Of a stretch of 54,707 nt of DNA, positions 28,155 through 39,798 are shown one piece after another (the first letter of the stretch is position 1; each line of letters opens with the position of its first letter). The position numbers and the translations under genes were made by a program. This DNA comes from an uncultured Desulfurellales bacterium (GTDB taxonomy: Bacteria > Campylobacterota_A > Desulfurellia > Desulfurellales > CAZERD01): assembly GCA_964515405.1 (NCBI GenBank), contig CAZERD010000004.1, positions 1 through 54,707 of the forward strand, in the 5' to 3' direction. Below the pieces are notes generated by a model, which saw only the letters and a list, made by a program, of their open reading frames with translations, was not told where the DNA came from and searched no databases.

Positions 28155-29711
28155 ATGGGTGAGTACAGAAAGTTCAAAAAGGTTTTAATAGCCAACAGGA
28201 GCGAAATAGCTGTAAGAATAATAAGGGCATGCAGGGAGATGGGGATAGAAACGGTGGCTGTCTATTCAGATATAGACAGAAATGCCCTGCATGTGTTATT
28301 TGCAGATGAAGCCTATCATATAGGTCCATCCCCAGCAAACGAATCCTATCTGAAAATAGACAAAATAGTAGAGGTAGCTAAAAAATCCGGATGCGATGCC
28401 ATACATCCTGGATACGGTTTTCTGGCTGAAAATTCAGACTTCGTAAAAGCATGTGAAGAAAACGGAATAACATTTATAGGCCCAAACGTAGAATCCATGT
28501 ACATATTAGGAGACAAAACAAGAGCCAGAGCGAGAATGATAGAGGCGGGAGTGCCTGTGGTACCAGGAATGAAGGAACCGCTCAAGTCGGCTGAGGAAGG
28601 AGTCGAGATAGCAAAACAGATAGGTTTCCCTGTTATGCTCAAAGCCTCTGGTGGAGGTGGTGGAAAAGGAATGAGAATAATCAACAACGAAGACGAATTC
28701 ATATCCAGCTACAACCTTGCAAAGGGAGAGGCGCTGAGCGCTTTTGGGGATGATAGACTCTATCTTGAAAAAGCTATAATAAATCCAAGGCACGTTGAGG
28801 TGCAAATAGCCAGGGATAAACACGGAAACGCAATACATCTGTTTGAAAGAGAATGCTCCATCCAGAGAAGACACCAGAAGGTCATAGAGGAATCGCCGTG
28901 CGTCGTACTAACGGGCAAGGTAAGACACGCAATGTGCGAGGCTGCAGTTAAGGCAGTCTCAGCAGCCAACTACGACAGTGTTGGAACTGTAGAATTCCTG
29001 GTGGATCAGGATCTAAACTTTTACTTCCTTGAAGTAAACACAAGGATCCAGGTGGAACACCCCGTAACGGAACTCGTGACTGGTATAGACATAGCAAAGC
29101 TTCAGATAGAGATAGCAGAAGGCAAACCCATACCCTACAAACAGGAGGAAATAAAACAAAACGGACATGCCATAGAATGCAGAATATACGCAGAAGATCC
29201 AGACAAAAACTTTATGCCCTCGCCAGGCAAGATCACCTTCCTGAGATTACCTTCCGGACCCGGTATTAGGAATGACATTGGAGTTTATCTCGGTGCTGAA
29301 GTCCCGATATTCTACGACCCAATAGTAAGCAAGTTACTCACGTGGGGAAGAAACAGAGATGAGGCTATAGCCAGAATGAAGAGAGCTCTCGGAGAGTACA
29401 TAATAAGAGGCATAAAAACCACTATCTCCTTCCACCAAAAGGTTTTCAGAAACAAGGACTTTCTTAAGGGCAACACTCATACCAACTTCATTGACCAAGA
29501 AGTACTTGCAAAACCGCAACCAAGAGAGGGCTCAAGTGAGGTTGCCATAGCTGTTGCTGCCATAGCAGAGTATCTCAGAGAAAAGGAATTAAAGCGCAAA
29601 CTTGTACAATTCAAGGAATCTCAGGGAATGGGTAGTCCATGGAAAATGCTCGGCAGAAAATCAGCCATAGAGGGAAGGGGATTTGGAGACATATACAAAT
29701 ACTCTAACTGA
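28155..29711 (+). CDS. accC: Biotin carboxylase subunit
   Basis: KVLIANRSEIA, HPGYGFLAE, RECSIQRRHQK, EVNTRIQVEHPVTE. Confidence 0.93.
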   Translation: MGEYRKFKKVLIANRSEIAVRIIRACREMGIETVAVYSDIDRNALHVLFADEAYHIGPSPANESYLKIDKIVEVAKKSGCDAIHPGYGFLAENSDFVKACEENGITFIGPNVESMYILGDKTRARARMIEAGVPVVPGMKEPLKSAEEGVEIAKQIGFPVMLKASGGGGGKGMRIINNEDEFISSYNLAKGEALSAFGDDRLYLEKAIINPRHVEVQIARDKHGNAIHLFERECSIQRRHQKVIEESPCVVLTGKVRHAMCEAAVKAVSAANYDSVGTVEFLVDQDLNFYFLEVNTRIQVEHPVTELVTGIDIAKLQIEIAEGKPIPYKQEEIKQNGHAIECRIYAEDPDKNFMPSPGKITFLRLPSGPGIRNDIGVYLGAEVPIFYDPIVSKLLTWGRNRDEAIARMKRALGEYIIRGIKTTISFHQKVFRNKDFLKGNTHTNFIDQEVLAKPQPREGSSEVAIAVAAIAEYLREKELKRKLVQFKESQGMGSPWKMLGRKSAIEGRGFGDIYKYSN

Positions 29712-29725
29712 CAAAGAGGTGAAAC

Positions 29726-30229
29726 ATGGCTTACATAGCAGAACTTGACAATGTAAAATACAGGGTTTCTGTTCTTGAAATAGAACCTAACAAATATCAA
29801 GTAACCATAGATAACAAATCTTATATAGTTGACGCTCAGCCGTCCGAATACAGCAGTTACTCCGTAATAGTCAATGGCAAATCTTTCGAGGCAAACATTG
29901 AAAGAACAGAAGACGGCTACAACCTGATAACCGAGGGAGACCTGTTCCGTGTGAAGATAATGGACGAACTCAAATTAAAAATGCTCGAAAAGAGGGGCGG
30001 TGGGGCAGCAGAAGGCAAACAAGTAATAAAATCCGAGATGCCCGGAAAGATAGTTGAGGTTAAAGTGAAACCAGGAGACAAGGTAAAAGAAGGAGACCTA
30101 CTGCTAATACTTGAAGCCATGAAAATGCAAAACGAGATAAAAGCACCCAAGGAAGGCGAAGTAAAAGAAGTATTTGTCAAAAACGGAGATACAGTAGAGG
30201 CTGAGGCAAAGCTTGTGGTCGTGGAGTAG
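29726..30229 (+). CDS. Biotin carboxyl carrier protein
   Basis: EAMKM biotinylation motif. Confidence 0.95.
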   Translation: MAYIAELDNVKYRVSVLEIEPNKYQVTIDNKSYIVDAQPSEYSSYSVIVNGKSFEANIERTEDGYNLITEGDLFRVKIMDELKLKMLEKRGGGAAEGKQVIKSEMPGKIVEVKVKPGDKVKEGDLLLILEAMKMQNEIKAPKEGEVKEVFVKNGDTVEAEAKLVVVE

Positions 30230-30625
30230 TTATTCCTCCACAAGCTCTGTGAGCACCACACTTGATTTGGGGTGAACAAAGGCAATGAGCATACCCGATG
30301 AACCCTTGACGGGCCGCTCATTGATGAGCTTCACCCCCCTTCCTTTAAGCGCTTCAAGCGTATTTTCCAAGCTATCTGTGTTGTATGCGATGTGATGTAT
30401 CCCTTCCCCCTTTTTCTCTATAAACTTATATATAGGGCTCTCCTCCGATGTGGCTTCCAGAAACTCCACGTGTACTCCACCTACATCAAACTTGGCAACC
30501 CTTACTCTCTGGGACGGAACTTCCTCAACACCCAAAAACTCAAACCCCATAGTATCCCTATAAAAAGACACAACCCTATCAAGATTCCTCACGGCTACGC
30601 CTATGTGATTTATACCTATAATCAT
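30230..30625 (-). CDS. mce: Methylmalonyl-CoA epimerase
   Basis: HIGVAV, GEGIHHIA, AFVHPK, LTELVE. Confidence 0.93.
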   Translation of the reverse strand: MIIGINHIGVAVRNLDRVVSFYRDTMGFEFLGVEEVPSQRVRVAKFDVGGVHVEFLEATSEESPIYKFIEKKGEGIHHIAYNTDSLENTLEALKGRGVKLINERPVKGSSGMLIAFVHPKSSVVLTELVEE

Positions 30626-31604
30626 TTTTAACCCCCCTTCCAAAAAATACATTCAGCAGATGCTCAGCCGCATAGAATGGCGTAGTTAGGTTGTCGTCAA
30701 GAGCCTTCTCCATGGATACCACCTCATCCCTAATGCTCTCATCCTCAAAGAATCTCTTCTTCAAACTATCCATTACTATATCCCACATCCATTGCCTGTT
30801 CTGCTTCCTTCTCCTCTCTCCAAAAAAGCCTTTCAACTCCATCCTATGCTTATACTCAAGTATTGTAAACCACACCTTATCTATACCCCTTTTCTCCTTA
30901 GCACTAACAAGTAAAACCGGGGGTTTCCATCCATAGTCTGTTCTCAATATACTTAGAGCATTCTCAAGCTGAACCCTTGCCAGTCGAGCCTTGGGGAGGT
31001 TATCTCCATCAGCTTTATTAACAACTATGGCATCACAAACCTCCATCACACCCCTCTTAATACCCTGTATTTCATCACCAGCATTGGGAAGTTGCATCAA
31101 AAGGAAGAAATCAACCATTGAAGAAACAGAAATATCGGATTGACCTACACCTACAGTTTCAACCACCACAACATCATAACCAGCCGCTTCACAGAGAAAC
31201 ATGGACTCACGGGTTCTACGTGCCACACCACCAAGTGAATCACCAGAAGGAGACGGCCTTATAAACGCATTCTGGTCGGCTGAAAGATTTTGCATCCTCA
31301 CCTTGTCACCAAGGAGACTCCCTCCCGTTAAGGCAGATGTCGGATCAACAGCAAGCACAGCCACCCTGTGACCATTCTTTATCAAATACAGCCCAAACAC
31401 CTCTATAAACGTACTCTTGCCTACCCCAGGAACTCCACTTATTCCTATTCTCACGGAGTTTCCACTCTTAGGCAGTATAGACTCAAGGAGCACTTTTGCC
31501 TGTTTCATGTGCTCTGGATTTCTGCTCTCAACAAGCGTTATAGCCTTCGCCAAGGAACGCCTATCCCCCCTGAGGACACCCTCCACAAGTTCATTTACCT
31601 GCAT
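30579..31604 (-). CDS. meaB: Methylmalonyl-CoA mutase-associated GTPase MeaB/ArgK
   Basis: [27 protein letters not shown]. Confidence 0.95.
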   Translation of the reverse strand: MQVNELVEGVLRGDRRSLAKAITLVESRNPEHMKQAKVLLESILPKSGNSVRIGISGVPGVGKSTFIEVFGLYLIKNGHRVAVLAVDPTSALTGGSLLGDKVRMQNLSADQNAFIRPSPSGDSLGGVARRTRESMFLCEAAGYDVVVVETVGVGQSDISVSSMVDFFLLMQLPNAGDEIQGIKRGVMEVCDAIVVNKADGDNLPKARLARVQLENALSILRTDYGWKPPVLLVSAKEKRGIDKVWFTILEYKHRMELKGFFGERRRKQNRQWMWDIVMDSLKKRFFEDESIRDEVVSMEKALDDNLTTPFYAAEHLLNVFFGRGVKNDYRYKSHRRSREES

Positions 31605-33795
31605 TGCGTCTTCCCTGTTTAATTCCCCTCGGTGTCATTTTATCCCTTATAGCTTTAAGGGTTTTCTCAGCAGATTCTATCAAAGAAGTACCGGGGCCAA
31701 ACACATAAGCTACTCCTGCATCAAACAGGAAGTCATAGTCCTTAGGAGGGATAACACCACCAGCCACAACCACTATGTCATCATCTGCACCAAGTTTTTC
31801 AAGCTCCGCTATCAGCTGAGGTATCAGGGTTTTATGCCCTGCAGCAAGACTGGACGCTCCGATAACATGCACATCATTTTCAACGGCCATCTTGGCAGCC
31901 TCATCTGGCGTCTGAAACAAGGGACCAACATCCACATCAAAACCTATATCGGCGTATCCAGAGGCTACAACCTTAGCACCTCTGTCATGTCCATCCTGTC
32001 CCATCTTGGCTATCAGTATCCTAGGTCTTCTCCCTTCCTCCTTCTCAAACTCCTCTATCCTTTTCTTCAATCCCCTAAATTCCTTCGAATCTTCCAATAC
32101 ACTACCATATATCCCTGTAGCAAGCCTTATCTCCGGCTGATATCTCCCCCAAACCTTTTCCAGCGCATAACTTATCTCCCCCACTGTAGCCCTAAGCCTC
32201 GCCGCTTCTATGGAAAGCGCCAGGAGATTACCCTCACCCGTATCTGCTGCCTTGGTAAGAGCATCAAGGGTTCGCTTTACCTTCTCATTATCTCTCTTTG
32301 CTTTTATCTCCTTGAGCCTCTGAATCTGCTTATTCCTAACCACCGTATTGTCAATATCAAGTATTTCCAGCTGCTCTTCCTCAGACTCCTCTACCACATA
32401 CTTATTCACACCAACTATCACATACTCTCCCTTGTCTATCTGTGCCTGCCTCCTGGCAGCGGACTGTTCTATCATCATCTTTGGAGTACCAGATTCTATA
32501 GCCTTCGTCATCCCACCCATTTTTTCTATATCATCAATAATCTTTGAAGCCTCCTCAACAAGAGAATGCGTAAGAGACTCTATGAAGTAAGATCCACCAA
32601 GGGGGTCAACCGTCCTACATATATTCGATTCCTCCTGTATGATTATCTGCGTATTTCTGGCTATCCTTGCCGAAAACTCCGACGGTAGAGCTATAGCTTC
32701 ATCCAGAGCATTTGTGTGCAGAGATTGGGTACCCCCTAGAACAGCAGCCATGGCCTCTATAGTGGTTCTTATTATATTATTATACGGATCCTGAGCAGCC
32801 AAACTCCACCCAGATGTCTGACAGTGTGTTCTCAAAGCCATAGAGCGCGGATTCTTCGGATCAAATCTCTTGATCAGTTTTGCCCATAAGAATCGTGCAG
32901 CTCTAAGCTTAGCTATCTCAGTGAAAAAATTCATCCCTATACCAAAAAAGAATGAAAGTCTTGGAGCAAAATCATCTATATGAAGTCCCTTGGAAAGAGC
33001 TGTTTTAACATACTCCAAACCATCGGCTAGAGTAAAAGCAAGCTCCAGCACAGCATTCGCACCAGCCTCCTGTATATGATACCCGCTTATACTTATGGGA
33101 TTAAATCTAGGCATATGTTTGCTTGTATATTCAATGATATCCGCAACTATCCTCATGGAGGGTGTAGGCGGATATATAAACGTATTCCTCACCATAAATT
33201 CCTTCAAAATATCATTCTGAATCGTCCCTGAAAGCTGCTCTTGCCTGACTCCCTGCTCTTCAGCTGCAACAATATATCCAGCCATAATTGGTAACACAGC
33301 ACCATTCATCGTCATGGACACAGAAACCTTGTCAAGAGGTATCCCATCAAACAATATCTTCATATCTTCAACCGAGTCCACGGCTACTCCCGCTTTTCCA
33401 ACATCTCCCACTACACGGGGATGATCCGAATCATAACCCCTGTGGGTTGCCAAGTCAAAAGCGACCGAAAGACCCTGCTGACCCGCAGCAAGTGCCTTCC
33501 TATAGAATTCATTTGACTCCTCAGCAGTGGAGAAACCAGCATACTGCCTTATGGTCCAGGGTTTCACCGTGTACATGCTCGCCCTTGGTCCTCTGATATA
33601 CGGAGGAAAACCCGGCAAAGTGTCAAGATACTCAAGATGTTCTATGTCTTCATGAGTGTATAAAGGTTTTATCTTTATATGCTCAGGCGAATCCCATATC
33701 AGAGGAGATATATCTGAAGCCTCAGGATATTTTCTCTTTAGTTCCTTCAAAACTACGCCTTCCCATTCCTTTAGACTCCTCTTCTCAAACTCCAT
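31591..33795 (-). CDS. scpA: Methylmalonyl-CoA mutase (adenosylcobalamin-dependent)
   Basis: [25 protein letters not shown] and B12-binding GQDGHDRG motif. Confidence 0.97.
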   Translation of the reverse strand: MEFEKRSLKEWEGVVLKELKRKYPEASDISPLIWDSPEHIKIKPLYTHEDIEHLEYLDTLPGFPPYIRGPRASMYTVKPWTIRQYAGFSTAEESNEFYRKALAAGQQGLSVAFDLATHRGYDSDHPRVVGDVGKAGVAVDSVEDMKILFDGIPLDKVSVSMTMNGAVLPIMAGYIVAAEEQGVRQEQLSGTIQNDILKEFMVRNTFIYPPTPSMRIVADIIEYTSKHMPRFNPISISGYHIQEAGANAVLELAFTLADGLEYVKTALSKGLHIDDFAPRLSFFFGIGMNFFTEIAKLRAARFLWAKLIKRFDPKNPRSMALRTHCQTSGWSLAAQDPYNNIIRTTIEAMAAVLGGTQSLHTNALDEAIALPSEFSARIARNTQIIIQEESNICRTVDPLGGSYFIESLTHSLVEEASKIIDDIEKMGGMTKAIESGTPKMMIEQSAARRQAQIDKGEYVIVGVNKYVVEESEEEQLEILDIDNTVVRNKQIQRLKEIKAKRDNEKVKRTLDALTKAADTGEGNLLALSIEAARLRATVGEISYALEKVWGRYQPEIRLATGIYGSVLEDSKEFRGLKKRIEEFEKEEGRRPRILIAKMGQDGHDRGAKVVASGYADIGFDVDVGPLFQTPDEAAKMAVENDVHVIGASSLAAGHKTLIPQLIAELEKLGADDDIVVVAGGVIPPKDYDFLFDAGVAYVFGPGTSLIESAEKTLKAIRDKMTPRGIKQGRRNAGK

Positions 33796-33827
33796 CTTTA
33801 CCTCCTCGTGAAACCCTATTTATATTA

Positions 33828-33856
33828 AATTTAGGTTAAAAAATATACATTGTCAA
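33828..33856 (-). promoter_or_regulatory. Putative promoter of mutase-meaB-mce
   Basis: Minus strand TTGACA-N17-TAAATT. Confidence 0.55.
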
Positions 33857-33967
33857 GAAAGCCAATCGCACACCAGAAGGTTCAACACCTTGAAATAGCA
33901 ATACTTCACACTATAATAGAACTCAGAGGGTAACACATTGAGCAAAAAAGCCGAGGAGGTTGAAGAT

Positions 33968-34957
33968 ATGGTTCACTATTCAGAGGTTGGTTTCGTGAAT
34001 ACGAAGGAAATGTTCAGAAATGCCATGGAAAATGGATATGCAGTTCCAGCTTACAATTTCAACAACATGGAGCAACTCCAAGCAATCATAACCGCCTGTA
34101 CCGAAACGCAGTCACCAGTAATACTACAGGTATCCAAAGGCGCAAGAAAATACGCCAACGCTACGCTACTCAGGTGGATGGGACAAGGAGCCATAGAGCT
34201 AATGAGAGAAATAGCAAAAGAAAAAGGACTTAAGGAAATCCCTATAGCCTTACACCTTGACCATGGGGATAGTTTTGAGTTATGTAAAAATTGTGTAGAT
34301 ATGGGATTCTCATCAGTTATGATAGATGGTTCCCACCTGCCATATGAAGAAAACGTTGAACTCACAGCACGAGTAGTTGAATACGCGCACAGACACGATG
34401 TAACAGTCGAGGGAGAATTGGGAGTGCTTGCAGGTATAGAAGACGATGTAAAAGCAGAAAAAAATATATACACAAACCCAGACGACGTTGAAGACTTCGT
34501 TAAAAAGACGGGCGTAGATTCGCTCGCAATTGCCATAGGAACTTCACACGGTGCTTATAAGTTCAAGGTAAAACCAGGGGAAAAACCACCCCCTTTGAGA
34601 TTCGACATACTGGAGGAAATTGAAAAAAGAATTCCTGGATTCCCCATCGTGCTCCACGGAGCCTCAAGCGTCATTCAAGAATACGTGCAATTGATAAACA
34701 AGTACGGAGGCAACCTGGAAAACGCGGTGGGTGTACCCGAGGATCAGCTCAGGAGGGCCGCGAAATCGGCAGTGTGTAAAATTAACATAGACTCAGACGG
34801 TAGACTTGCTATGACAGCAAAAATAAGAGAGTTCCTATGGAACAATCCGAAAGAATTTGACCCAAGAAAGTACCTCGGACCAGCCAGAGAAGAACTCATA
34901 AAGATGTACAAACACAAAAATGAAAGTGTGCTCGGTTCCGCTTGGAGAATAAAATGA
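33968..34957 (+). CDS. fba: Class II fructose-bisphosphate aldolase
   Basis: HLDHG, VEGELG, IGTSHGAYK, VLHGAS, KINIDSD, FDPRKYL. Confidence 0.96.
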   Translation: MVHYSEVGFVNTKEMFRNAMENGYAVPAYNFNNMEQLQAIITACTETQSPVILQVSKGARKYANATLLRWMGQGAIELMREIAKEKGLKEIPIALHLDHGDSFELCKNCVDMGFSSVMIDGSHLPYEENVELTARVVEYAHRHDVTVEGELGVLAGIEDDVKAEKNIYTNPDDVEDFVKKTGVDSLAIAIGTSHGAYKFKVKPGEKPPPLRFDILEEIEKRIPGFPIVLHGASSVIQEYVQLINKYGGNLENAVGVPEDQLRRAAKSAVCKINIDSDGRLAMTAKIREFLWNNPKEFDPRKYLGPAREELIKMYKHKNESVLGSAWRIK

Positions 34958-36165
34958 AGCCCAGAGGAATTTCAGAGATGGAACATACTATATACTTTGA
35001 ATACGAAGGTGGTAAAGAATTTAGTTTGAATCATAAAAGCGACTACCCATTTATCAGGAGCCTCTGCACAAGAAACCTTACAGATGACATAAAGGAATTC
35101 ATAAAAAGCCTCCCGTACAAAAACATTGTACAGGTTGGAATAGGAGGAAGCGCTCTGGGGGCGACAGCAGCAGTAGAATTCATGGGAGGTATCTATCACA
35201 ACTACACATCCAAGAAGCGATACTTTGCAATGGACAATATAGATCCCGAAAGAATCAAACTCGTTTTTGAGTATTTGAATCCCGAAGAAACCCTGTTCCA
35301 TATAGTATCAAAATCTGGCTCGACCATAGAGACAATCTCCCAGTTTTTTATCATAGAATACTTCCTTAAGGAAAAGCTTGGAAACACGGCACTGGAACAC
35401 GTAATCATAACCACAGACCCAGACACGGGATTCCTGAGAGAATTCTCAGAGAAAAACAACATAAAATCCTTCCCACTGGCTAAAGAAGCAGGTGGAAGAT
35501 ACTCTGTATTCACACCGGTGGGCCTCGTGCCCATGGCGTTCCTTGAATACAACATAGATAGATTCGTCTCTGGAGCAAAAGACGCCATAAGAGCTTACAG
35601 AAATGGATGGAGCATGCCCAATGAATTTGTAGATTTCACGATAGGAGAGTACGAGAACGGGAGAAACATACTCGTTATGTTCTCCTACAAGGACAGGTTG
35701 TACTCAACTTGTGACTGGTTCAGGCAATTATGGGCGGAAAGCCTTGGAAAAAACTCAAAAGGTCAAACCCCCGTAAAGGCCCTTGGAGCAACCGATCAGC
35801 ACTCCCAACTCCAGCTATACAGAGACGGTCCCAAAGACAAGGTAATAATATTTGTGGACACGATAAACAGAACCGATGTGGAATTGATCCCCGGTAAGAG
35901 CTTTGAATACCTTGAGGGAAAAACAATGGGAGAGCTACTGAGCATAGAGAAACAATCCACAAAGAGATCACTCATTGAAAGTAATGTGCCTTGTGGGGAA
36001 ATATTTCTGAAACGTGCAGATGAATACTCCTTAGGTGCCATAATGGCATCCCTTATGATATCCACGGCGAAGGCAGGTGAAGTAATGGGGGTTAATCCGT
36101 TTGATCAGCCCGGTGTCGAACTAGGGAAGAAATACACAAAGAAAACCTTAAGGGAAAAAAGGTGA
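34954..36165 (+). CDS. pgi: Glucose-6-phosphate isomerase
   Basis: GIGGSALG, SKSGSTIET, GGRYSV, QLWAESLGK, FDQPGVELGK. Confidence 0.95.
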   Translation: MKPRGISEMEHTIYFEYEGGKEFSLNHKSDYPFIRSLCTRNLTDDIKEFIKSLPYKNIVQVGIGGSALGATAAVEFMGGIYHNYTSKKRYFAMDNIDPERIKLVFEYLNPEETLFHIVSKSGSTIETISQFFIIEYFLKEKLGNTALEHVIITTDPDTGFLREFSEKNNIKSFPLAKEAGGRYSVFTPVGLVPMAFLEYNIDRFVSGAKDAIRAYRNGWSMPNEFVDFTIGEYENGRNILVMFSYKDRLYSTCDWFRQLWAESLGKNSKGQTPVKALGATDQHSQLQLYRDGPKDKVIIFVDTINRTDVELIPGKSFEYLEGKTMGELLSIEKQSTKRSLIESNVPCGEIFLKRADEYSLGAIMASLMISTAKAGEVMGVNPFDQPGVELGKKYTKKTLREKR

Positions 36166-36542
36166 TCACGTACTCAGAAAAAATCTACTACGACTATACG
36201 GATGCAGGGGGTGTGGTTTACTACTCTAGATACCTTCAGTTCTGCGAGAGAGCAAAACAAGAGTTCATGCTCAAAAACGGCTGTGATCTATTTAACCTAC
36301 ACAATGAAGGTACCTACCTCACGGTAAAAGAAGTTAAAGGCAAATACATAAAAGCAATAAGATTTGGAGAAACAATCAACGTGGATGTTAAAATCAAGCA
36401 ACTGAAAGGGGCAAGTGTTATACTATCCTTTGATATATTAGTCAACGGGGAAACAAGGGCAACATTTGAGATATTATCGGTATGCGTGGACAGGGAGCTC
36501 AAGGTAAAAAAACTACCCTCCTGCTTCGATAGCCTCAGATAA
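36162..36542 (+). CDS. YbgC/4HBT-family acyl-CoA thioesterase
   Basis: TDAGGVVYYSRYL..CERA. Confidence 0.88.
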   Translation: MITYSEKIYYDYTDAGGVVYYSRYLQFCERAKQEFMLKNGCDLFNLHNEGTYLTVKEVKGKYIKAIRFGETINVDVKIKQLKGASVILSFDILVNGETRATFEILSVCVDRELKVKKLPSCFDSLR

Positions 36543-36549
36543 CACCGCA

Positions 36550-38691
36550 ATGGAAAAGCACCTGAAGAACGCCAAGTTGAGGGAAGCACAGCTCCTCAAC
36601 TATCTCTATGGAAAGGAGACAAAATCAATCCAAGAGACAGCTACGACCATAAGTAGACTGCTCCACCATGAAGAACTCCTTTCCTGGTTATTCTCCCCCG
36701 TAAGCACCATATATCCTCAACATACCCGCAAATTGGCATCACGGGGCATCACCACAATATATGAGCTTATAACAACAAGACCTCTAAGGGTTGAGGATTA
36801 TTCCAACATCAAACCAATAAACAAACTCAAGGAAAACGAATATACAGCTACAACTGGCAGAGTAATCAACATAAAAAAAAGGAAATACACCTCAATCACG
36901 ATCCACGATGGCACAGGATCGCTTATACTAAATTGGTTCAACATAACTCCATTTCTATCCAGGAAACTCTCATCCATAAAACTGAATGACACTATAGTGT
37001 GCGAGGGTCGTATATCTTGTTTCGGAAACTACAAAACAATGAATCACCCTTCCATAAAAAAACCCTCAGAGTACAAACCAAGAGTTACCCCTATATATCC
37101 ATCTATAGGCAAGCTCAGAAACTCTACATTCATAAAAATAATAAAATCAGCCTTAGAAAAAGCACCCCAAGAACCCTACGAATTTCTCCCTCTGCACCTT
37201 GTTCTGAAACATAAACTGCCATTGTTCCACGAATTCATACACTCTATCCATACCACAGGGGAAACAAAAGAAATCACCCAGAGGCTCAAATACGAGGAGC
37301 TATTCTTTCTAAATTTAGGCTTATCCCTCCAGAGAAACAGTGTAAAAAACCATCTGGCACCACATATAAGCTCAGAACCGGATAAACTCATAACAGAAAT
37401 TAAACAACGCACAGGGTTTAAATTAACAAACGACCAGAGGAAAGCCATAGAAGACATACTCAAGGACATGTCTCTAACAAAACCCATGCTGAGACTCCTC
37501 CAAGGAGATGTAGGATCAGGAAAAACGATAGTAGCACTCTCATGTGCTTATGCCGTTCACAGGGCAGGGTTTCAATCCGCCGTCATGGCTCCAACTCAGA
37601 TACTTGCATCTCAATGGTTTGAACAGATGAAAAAATTCTTCCCGGACGTGCCTGCAGCCTTCCTATTGAGCCAAACAAAGAACAAGTCCGACATCCACAG
37701 AGATCTGAAAAATGGAAATATCTCCATCCTCATAGGAACGCACACTCTCATTGAGGAAGGAGTTGAATTCTCAAACCTTGGATTCGTTGTAATAGATGAA
37801 CAACACAGGTTTGGTGTAGAACAGAGAAAAACCCTATCTAAAAAGGGAAAATTTCCTCACACACTGATAATGAGTGCTACACCCATACCAAGAACTCTAT
37901 CCATGGTTTTATATTCAAAGAGTGAATTAACACTTCTCAAGGAAATGCCAGAAGGAAGAAAACCCATAACAACATTAGCATACAACCACGAGAATAGAAA
38001 CAAAGCTTATGGGCTTGCCTTAAAAGAAATAGAACTGGGACATCAGGTGTACATCCTCTCCCCGCTCATAGAGAAAACGGAAGGAAACGAAGATATAAAA
38101 GCTGCCGTTGACACTTACAAAACCCTAAAAGAAACCTACTTTAAAGGACACGATATGGAACTGCTCCACGGAAAACTCAAATCCCAGGAAAAGGAAAGAA
38201 TATTCTCTCTCTTTAGAGAGGGAAAAATCAAATGCCTCGTAAGCACAACCGTCATAGAAGTAGGAGTTGATTCACCAAGGGCTACAGTAATAATCGTAGA
38301 AAACGCCGAGAGATTCGGACTGTCAACCTTACATCAGTTGAGAGGCAGGGTGGGAAGAGGTAGATTGCCCTCATATGCCATATTCATAACCGGTAAAAAC
38401 GCCTCAGATAAGGCAATGGAACGCATAAAAGCCCTTCTTAAAACATCGGATGGATTTAAAATAGCCGAACTGGACTACAAACTAAGGGGAGGAGGAGACA
38501 TACTCGGAACAAGGCAGCATGGAGCCCCTGACATGTTGTATGTGGATATATTTAAGGACCAAGAACTCATCAAAGAGGTAAAAAAGGAAACATCAAAGCT
38601 GGTGGAGATGAAATATCCACTCAACAGATGTCTAATGGAAGCGCTCAGCGCCAAATGGAAAAGAAGATTTGATTATATTAATGTGGGGTGA
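36550..38691 (+). CDS. recG: ATP-dependent DNA helicase RecG
   Basis: RLLQGDVGSGKT, DEQHRFG, MSATPIPRT, QLRGRVGRG. Confidence 0.96.
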   Translation: MEKHLKNAKLREAQLLNYLYGKETKSIQETATTISRLLHHEELLSWLFSPVSTIYPQHTRKLASRGITTIYELITTRPLRVEDYSNIKPINKLKENEYTATTGRVINIKKRKYTSITIHDGTGSLILNWFNITPFLSRKLSSIKLNDTIVCEGRISCFGNYKTMNHPSIKKPSEYKPRVTPIYPSIGKLRNSTFIKIIKSALEKAPQEPYEFLPLHLVLKHKLPLFHEFIHSIHTTGETKEITQRLKYEELFFLNLGLSLQRNSVKNHLAPHISSEPDKLITEIKQRTGFKLTNDQRKAIEDILKDMSLTKPMLRLLQGDVGSGKTIVALSCAYAVHRAGFQSAVMAPTQILASQWFEQMKKFFPDVPAAFLLSQTKNKSDIHRDLKNGNISILIGTHTLIEEGVEFSNLGFVVIDEQHRFGVEQRKTLSKKGKFPHTLIMSATPIPRTLSMVLYSKSELTLLKEMPEGRKPITTLAYNHENRNKAYGLALKEIELGHQVYILSPLIEKTEGNEDIKAAVDTYKTLKETYFKGHDMELLHGKLKSQEKERIFSLFREGKIKCLVSTTVIEVGVDSPRATVIIVENAERFGLSTLHQLRGRVGRGRLPSYAIFITGKNASDKAMERIKALLKTSDGFKIAELDYKLRGGGDILGTRQHGAPDMLYVDIFKDQELIKEVKKETSKLVEMKYPLNRCLMEALSAKWKRRFDYINVG

Positions 38692-38694
38692 GAT

Positions 38695-39453
38695 ATGAGA
38701 ATAACAATAGCCCAAATGAAGGTAGAAAAGGGAAATGTAGAAAACAATCTCAACTCGGCGATGGTATGCATAGAAAAAGCTATATCCGAGAAAAGTGACA
38801 TGATAGTATTGCCTGAAGTCTTTACCACGGGATTTGACTACCCAAATTTTAAAAAACTTTCAGAAACAACACCCAAGACCATAGACTCACTCAAAAAAGT
38901 TTCCATGCATATAACCATATGCGGTAGCATGCTAAATGGTAAAAGTGATGGGATCTACAATACATTTTACGTCATAGACAAAGGAGAAGTCATATTCACA
39001 TACTCAAAAGCAATGCTTTTCCCGTTGACCGGGGAAAACAAGCACTTCAGGAGAGGCAAAACGAATCAAAGGAATACCTTTTACCTACATGGCATAAAGT
39101 TTGGGGTAAGTGTATGCTATGAGCTAAGATTCCCAGAATTCTTCAGGAGGGCAGCCCTAAACGGTGCCAAAGTACACCTAATATGCGCACTCTGGCCCCT
39201 GCAGAGGATAGACCATTGGAATAATCTAATCAAAACAAGAGCCATAGAAAATCAGGTATTCGTCGTAGCGGTAAACGGAGCACTCTCCGATTCATCTGGT
39301 GGAGATTCATCCGTCTTTAACCCGTGGGGCATAAGACTAACCCCTCAGATCTCCCAGCCATTTACCGAAACCACCGAACTCAACCTATCTGATATAAACA
39401 CGGTAAGGGAAACAATACCATCACTCACAGAAGCAAAAAAATGGCTTTACTAG
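38695..39453 (+). CDS. Nitrilase-family carbon-nitrogen hydrolase
   Basis: LPE, YSK, CYELRFPE catalytic triad motifs; RAIENQ. Confidence 0.9.
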   Translation: MRITIAQMKVEKGNVENNLNSAMVCIEKAISEKSDMIVLPEVFTTGFDYPNFKKLSETTPKTIDSLKKVSMHITICGSMLNGKSDGIYNTFYVIDKGEVIFTYSKAMLFPLTGENKHFRRGKTNQRNTFYLHGIKFGVSVCYELRFPEFFRRAALNGAKVHLICALWPLQRIDHWNNLIKTRAIENQVFVVAVNGALSDSSGGDSSVFNPWGIRLTPQISQPFTETTELNLSDINTVRETIPSLTEAKKWLY

Positions 39454-39455
39454 CC

Positions 39456-39785
39456 CTAGGTAAACACTTTCAAAGGAGCATTCGGCTTTTTCTTTATCTC
39501 ACCTCTCCGTATAGCATCCTCCAGGTCCTTTTTCTTCTGTTCAACAAGATTTCTCTTGTATTCCTTAACATCATTTATCTGTCCCCTCTCTTTTGCAACC
39601 TCAAGAAGTCTTTCCCCAACCCTTCTCCCTGCATGTTTTATGGTTTCATTCGGAAAGAACACCGCCCCACACCCAGGACAGTGATATACCTCTACATCTT
39701 TCACAACCAACCACTCACCCTTGACCGGCCTTTTAAACGGAGTAACAATCTTCTTCATTTCCCTACCACAGAATTTACACCTCAT
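39456..39785 (-). CDS. YgiT/MqsA-type zinc-finger protein with helical C-terminus
   Basis: MRCKFCG...VKDV...CPGCG; GGAGG RBS. Confidence 0.75.
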   Translation of the reverse strand: MRCKFCGREMKKIVTPFKRPVKGEWLVVKDVEVYHCPGCGAVFFPNETIKHAGRRVGERLLEVAKERGQINDVKEYKRNLVEQKKKDLEDAIRRGEIKKKPNAPLKVFT

Positions 39786-39798
39786 TAGCGCCTCCTGT

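Noticed and set aside
31417-32547. Long antisense ORFs (e.g. 376 aa here; also 2310-2975, 17748-18575, 44979-45590)
   Set aside because: They are shadows opposite well-supported genes, with no recognisable motifs.
39456-39785. MqsRA-type toxin-antitoxin pair
   Set aside because: No adjacent toxin gene and no clear HTH domain.
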